From a virus: a stretch of DNA of 39,630 bases. Made by a program: the position numbers and the translations under genes. The notes below the pieces were generated by a model. The model was not told where the DNA came from. It made no database searches and saw nothing but the letters and a program-made list of their open reading frames with translations. Where the stretch lies: IMG/VR virus record IMGVR_UViG_3300013103_000024, positions 1-39,630 of that record. The stretch is one strand, 5' to 3'. The first letter of the stretch is position 1, and the number at the start of each line of letters is the position of its first letter. Below, piece after piece: positions 35,654-39,630 of this stretch.

Positions 35654-35873
35654 TGTGTATACTGTGTATACTGTGTATATTCGTGTCTACTGATGCTGGT
35701 TTTGTTGTGTATACACTGTGTATACGTATACACAATTTGTGTATATTTTCAAAAAGTTGCGTTTAAGAGAAAGTAGTAACACGATATACACAGAACGTAA
35801 CAACTGTGTATATTTATACACAAAATATACACAAGCATAATGTCAACCGATAGTGATATACACAATATACACA
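35654..35873. repeat. Iteron-like array A: TGTGTATA x7 and inverted TATACACA x6
   Basis: Forward at 35654, 35663, 35672, 35706, 35717, 35738, 35805; reverse at 35727, 35785, 35815, 35826, 35857, 35866. Confidence 0.9.
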
Positions 35874-36103
35874 AATTTTTGATATGGCATTCATTTTTTT
35901 TAAAAAAAAATATAATAGTATATAAAGGGATATGTTTTGATCATCTCTTCATTTTTATATTTACTTCATTCATGGAAGTTGTGTTTATGTATATATACCT
36001 TTAGAAAAGTTTATATTATATAGTAATATTACTTTATACTTATTTATTTATATATATAATGTTATCTACTTTTTCAAAAAAGTGAATGCCCTGTGAAAAA
36101 AAA

Positions 36104-36348
36104 TGTGTTAAATGTGTTAATTCGATAGCAGTAGGCACAAAACACATGTGTTAATTCTGTGTTAATTCTGTGTTAATTGTGTTAATAAAATTCTTTCTAA
36201 AGTGTAACTATCTAAATTTTTATATTAATAAAGTTTTTTTAAAAGTTTGACTATCTAAATTTTTTTGTTAACACAGTTAACACACGATTAACACATGATT
36301 AACACACGATTAACACACACAAGAGGCACGATTAACACAATTAACACA
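36104..36348. repeat. Iteron-like array B: TGTGTTAA x6, AT-rich spacer, inverted TTAACACA x7 (probable replication origin)
   Basis: Forward at 36104, 36113, 36147, 36158, 36169, 36178; reverse at 36268, 36277, 36288, 36299, 36310, 36332, 36341; spacer has ACTATCTAAATTTTT twice (36207, 36250). Confidence 0.9.
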
Positions 36349-36436
36349 TAATAATGCAATATACCTCATGTTTCTTCAAAAATTAACAGTATATAAAAGT
36401 TTCGATTGTCTTTTTGTTATATCAATTATTATAAAT

Positions 36437-36766
36437 TTATATATATTTCCGAGCCAATGGATTTTTTTCACAAAATTTGTTCCATAGTTCTGGATAATAA
36501 TATTTCATAAATACATAACTTCCAAGTGATACGTGCCACCCACCAAGTCCAAACGGTGCAACACGAAGTTTGTTACGTTCTTCAAATTTCGTTTTATCGT
36601 AGATCGTGTTATATGGCAAGTTGTTCGATGTGATATATGCCCACACGTCTTTTACCGACCAGTCCGATATTGGTTGCACTGCGATAAGTCCATCTGCCTT
36701 CCTCTCGCCAGTTTTTCTGGAATCTCTTATAGTGGCAATATTTCGCATGTGTCCGGTGTGGATCAT
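36437..36766 (-). pseudogene. C-terminal fragment of a PAPS-reductase-family protein
   Basis: QPISDWSVKDVWAYITSNNLPYNTIYD is the family's C-terminal motif; no upstream PP-loop in frame; the start is buried in another ORF. Confidence 0.6.
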
Positions 36767-36875
36767 CGTCGTCGTAATACTGGATGTTGAAGAATATCTT
36801 CCCTGTCACCACGCAGCTTTCGCCTGTATGCCGGTTTGTGTATCGCTTCCCTACTTCAATGCGTTTTCGGTTCAT
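36609..36875 (-). CDS. Hypothetical protein (probably chimeric; 3' part reads out of frame through the PAPS remnant)
   Basis: IEVGKRYTNRHTG SH3-like start with GGAGG RBS. Confidence 0.45.
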   Translation of the reverse strand: MNRKRIEVGKRYTNRHTGESCVVTGKIFFNIQYYDDDDPHRTHAKYCHYKRFQKNWREEGRWTYRSATNIGLVGKRRVGIYHIEQLAI

Positions 36876-39222
36876 TGTTACCTCCGAAATATCCTGTTAG
36901 CGGTGGTGTGTGTGCCATTGCGATATCAGGAAGAGGTTTGTCTTTGATGTAAAATCCATCTTTCATACAGTTCTCTTCCATCTTCAACGCTTTGTCATAC
37001 AAATCCCGGTGGTTCAAAAACAATTCACGGACTTCGAGTTTGTGCATAAATGGACAGAACCAACATCCGCTTTTTTGTGGCACTTTAAGACCATGATCTT
37101 TTATCAGATTGATACAGTCGTCACGGTTCATCTCTGCATCGATGAGTGGGTATCGATATGTTATTGCGGGCAGTTTTTCTTTCGATTCTTTGTTGTTGTA
37201 CTGTTTTTTACCATCCAGCGATGTCGTTCTTTTTTGTTCGTCATAGTCAAAACCAATATATTCCACACATGGTGTTTGGATATATTTCAACATCGGACGT
37301 ACTTTGAATTTATCCGTACACCACCTAAACCGAAAAGATGGTAAAATCCTACATTTCATCGAATAATCATAGATTGTATGATACCCTTCCACATCTGGGA
37401 TAATCTCCGTTATCTCAAATCCTTGGTCACGTAAATAATCCACATACGCGTAAGTTTCGGGATAATCACCGCCATGATTCACAAATATGGTCTCGAACTC
37501 CTCACCATGATCTGTGAGTAGAAGGAGCAGCGCAGTCGAATTGACGCCGCCACCAAACGAAAGATACTGTTTCATGTTTCCAATCCTCATTACAATCTCC
37601 GATTTTCCACTTGTGTTGTTTTCTATCATCTCGAATAAATCGAATCCTTGTCTGTTCTTTTCTTCTGTAATTTGATCGATCACATCTCTCTTGCTTTCAA
37701 CCATTTCAATTATTATACCATCTATTGTTTTTTCTGCAAGGAGATACCAACAATTTACAGCGTCCTTTTGACCTATTCTATGTGCTCGATCTTCACATTG
37801 TTTTAGCATCTCAGGACCATCTGCAAGTTCCAGGAATGCAACATTGCTGGCTGCTGTAAGTGTCAATCCTTGTCCTGCTGCCTGAATGTTCCCAATGAAA
37901 AGCCGTATTTTTTGATCGTTCTGGAATGCCTTAACTGCCTTATCCTTTGCCTCTGCTTTCATTCCTCCGATTACGGAAACTGCACAATCTGAAAATTCAT
38001 CCACCAACGTCTTAATTGTTGTCCTGTGCGTCCCAAAAACGATAAGTTTCTCGCCTGATTCGAGAAAGTTTTTAATCCATTCAATTGCAGCTTTCATCTT
38101 GCCACGAATTGCAACCTGCTTAAGATATTCTCGCTTCGCAAGTTGCTCAACATTAGATGCTCGTTCTGCTGCTTCCATACCTTTTTGTTCTGCTAACCAT
38201 GTGAAAAATTCTTTCTCAGCACGATCATATTCTTTGCGATTATCAATTGGTATCAAGACAGCTGATCTTCTCTTCGCTGGCAGTTCTGAAAGTACCTGTT
38301 CTTTTGTTCTTCTAATCATTACAGTCTTAAGTGACTGTGCCAGTTCGTCAAGATTTGAAGCTCCAGAGAAGTCCCAACCAAAGCGATTTTTAGTGGCATT
38401 ACAGAACTTCTTATGCCATTGAAAGAATCGCTTATCTGGATATTCGTCTGGTTTCACAACTTGTAACTGATGCCACAGTTCTGCGGGACGATTCAGAACT
38501 GGCGTTCCTGTCAGGAGTATCCTGTGCGGAACGACTGATGCCAATTCCCTTGCTGCTTTTGATCTTGCAGCAGCTTTTGATTTAATATAATGACTTTCGT
38601 CATATATTAATACTTTTGGATTAAAGTCTATCAATGTTGGTAACCACTTTTTCAGTATGTCATAGTTTATTACTACAATATCTCCTGATAACGATTTGGC
38701 TTTCCCACCATTAACAATCTCAATACGATCTCCTGTTTCAAGCCACATCTCCGCCTCTCGTTGCCAGTTCAACTTAAGTGATGCAGGACATACAATCACA
38801 GCTGGACGCTGTTCTGGATGTAATGCGAGATATGCGAGTGCTTCAATGGTTTTGCCAAGCCCGGGTTCATCCGCTACCAAACAATTCCCATTGGTTGCCT
38901 CTATGAATTCCAGTCCTGCGCGTTGGAATGGCATCAGTTCTTTACCATTCCCGAAGTGCTCAAGACTGAAATCTGATGTGGTTTGTGTTGCCTTCTTGCT
39001 GATCGAACGAACCTCTGCCAACCGTTTTTTGAATCCTTCTGTTTGTTCTGCTTCCGGGAAGGCTGTCACCATCTCTTCAATGATCGAGGTGGGGCATACC
39101 CAATACGGCTTTACCCATCTACGTTCTGATAATGCTCTACATCGATCCTTTTCACTGAAAGGAGCTTGCACTCCAACCATGCCAGACATGAAACTCACAA
39201 GTCTGATCTTTCCTTTCTTCAT
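36856..39222 (-). CDS. SNF2/SMARCAL1-like helicase fused in frame to a PAPS-reductase-like (HUP) domain
   Basis: ADEPGLGKT, DESH, LTGTP, QCEDRAHRIGQ (aa 1-~545); from aa 550 YLSFGGGVNS, DYPETY, WCTDKFKV, YPLID, KSGCWFCPF. Confidence 0.85.
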   Translation of the reverse strand: MKKGKIRLVSFMSGMVGVQAPFSEKDRCRALSERRWVKPYWVCPTSIIEEMVTAFPEAEQTEGFKKRLAEVRSISKKATQTTSDFSLEHFGNGKELMPFQRAGLEFIEATNGNCLVADEPGLGKTIEALAYLALHPEQRPAVIVCPASLKLNWQREAEMWLETGDRIEIVNGGKAKSLSGDIVVINYDILKKWLPTLIDFNPKVLIYDESHYIKSKAAARSKAARELASVVPHRILLTGTPVLNRPAELWHQLQVVKPDEYPDKRFFQWHKKFCNATKNRFGWDFSGASNLDELAQSLKTVMIRRTKEQVLSELPAKRRSAVLIPIDNRKEYDRAEKEFFTWLAEQKGMEAAERASNVEQLAKREYLKQVAIRGKMKAAIEWIKNFLESGEKLIVFGTHRTTIKTLVDEFSDCAVSVIGGMKAEAKDKAVKAFQNDQKIRLFIGNIQAAGQGLTLTAASNVAFLELADGPEMLKQCEDRAHRIGQKDAVNCWYLLAEKTIDGIIIEMVESKRDVIDQITEEKNRQGFDLFEMIENNTSGKSEIVMRIGNMKQYLSFGGGVNSTALLLLLTDHGEEFETIFVNHGGDYPETYAYVDYLRDQGFEITEIIPDVEGYHTIYDYSMKCRILPSFRFRWCTDKFKVRPMLKYIQTPCVEYIGFDYDEQKRTTSLDGKKQYNNKESKEKLPAITYRYPLIDAEMNRDDCINLIKDHGLKVPQKSGCWFCPFMHKLEVRELFLNHRDLYDKALKMEENCMKDGFYIKDKPLPDIAMAHTPPLTGYFGGNNEPKTH

Positions 39223-39256
39223 TTTTTTTACCTCATTTTTTTAATTTTATTTAATT

Positions 39257-39630
39257 TCAATCCTCAGCATAAAAATATACCTCATCCCATTTTTCCCATT
39301 GCTGGACAACATAGGTCCTATCTATCCAGTCACTATCATAAGTCTCTGTGAACCATCTGTTTGCATCACTGAAACTTTTGAAACCATCCATTCTCGCCCA
39401 TCGTTCTAAGAAATTACAACCCGAATCATTCGGAAGATAGCACGAAGGTGTAATTTCATAAACATTTGTGAGCGTGACAATGCCAAGCAAATGTGCATAA
39501 TAATGTCCTGCCAATGGGCAGCAAGCAGCTTGATCTTGATACCGTCGAACACCCGCGGGCGTCAACTTCCGTATTGGTTTTGTGATGATGGGTGTTCGCA
39601 GTTCATTGTAGATTGCAAATTGTTCGCCAA
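39257..39630 (-). CDS. ASCH/PUA-like protein, 5' end beyond the window
   Basis: Frame is open to the right edge: GEQFAIYNELRTP...LLGIVTLTNV...WARMDGFKS.SDANRWF. Confidence 0.55.
   Translation of the reverse strand, partial: GEQFAIYNELRTPIITKPIRKLTPAGVRRYQDQAACCPLAGHYYAHLLGIVTLTNVYEITPSCYLPNDSGCNFLERWARMDGFKSFSDANRWFTETYDSDWIDRTYVVQQWEKWDEVYFYAED

Larger units (their letters stand above)
1..39630. mobile_element. Archaeal tailed virus/provirus genome segment (both ends cut through ORFs)
   Basis: Terminase-portal-protease-capsid-neck-tail gene order, MCM-like helicase, archaeal GGTGA ribosome-binding sites (e.g. GAGGTGA before 11095; AGGTGAATAAAA before 292, 812, 1000). No housekeeping genes. 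Confidence 0.93.

Noticed and set aside
35654-36348. CRISPR or mini-CRISPR array
   Set aside because: Repeats are 8-mers in both orientations with 1-3 nt spacers, not 25-40 nt repeats with unique spacers.
1-39630. tRNA, rRNA or IS elements
   Set aside because: No cloverleaf, rRNA-like or transposase sequence recognised; intergenic gaps are short or AT-rich.

Overview
This window is most of the genome of a tailed (Caudoviricetes-like) dsDNA virus or provirus that very likely infects an archaeon. Host evidence: GGTGA-type Shine-Dalgarno sites, BRE/TATA-like promoters, an MCM-type helicase, and DUF2080- and DNRLRE-like genes. A Methanosarcinales/ANME-type host is an inference. The plus strand (1545-23080) carries packaging, head, neck and tail genes. 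The minus strand (right edge down to 23090, and 1000 to the left edge) carries replication, DNA-modification, lysis and adhesin genes. The standout system is a complete diversity-generating retroelement (DGR) at 11892-14791: an Mtd-like target gene, VR 13029-13139, TR 13240-13350, a structured spacer and a YCDD reverse transcriptase. All 24 VR/TR mismatches fall on TR adenines. Two features are atypical. There is no recognisable Avd; a small beta-rich ORF follows the RT instead. Also, every CpA in the TR (10/10) is CpG in the VR, including 8 scaffold Gly/Arg codons. Other notable items: a bipartite inverted-iteron region (two 13-copy arrays of related 8-mers, probable origin); an HTH/ParB-MT-A70/endonuclease cassette nested inside the remains of a duplicated methyltransferase gene and bounded by 65-bp direct repeats; a large DNA-modification arsenal (four MTase-like genes, a TGT/DpdA-like enzyme, an SNF2 helicase fused to a PAPS-reductase-like domain); three paralogous tail-tube-like genes; and ChaB-protease and HTH-portal fusions. 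No tRNA, rRNA, CRISPR array or integrase was seen. All protein calls come from motif recognition by eye, not database searches.
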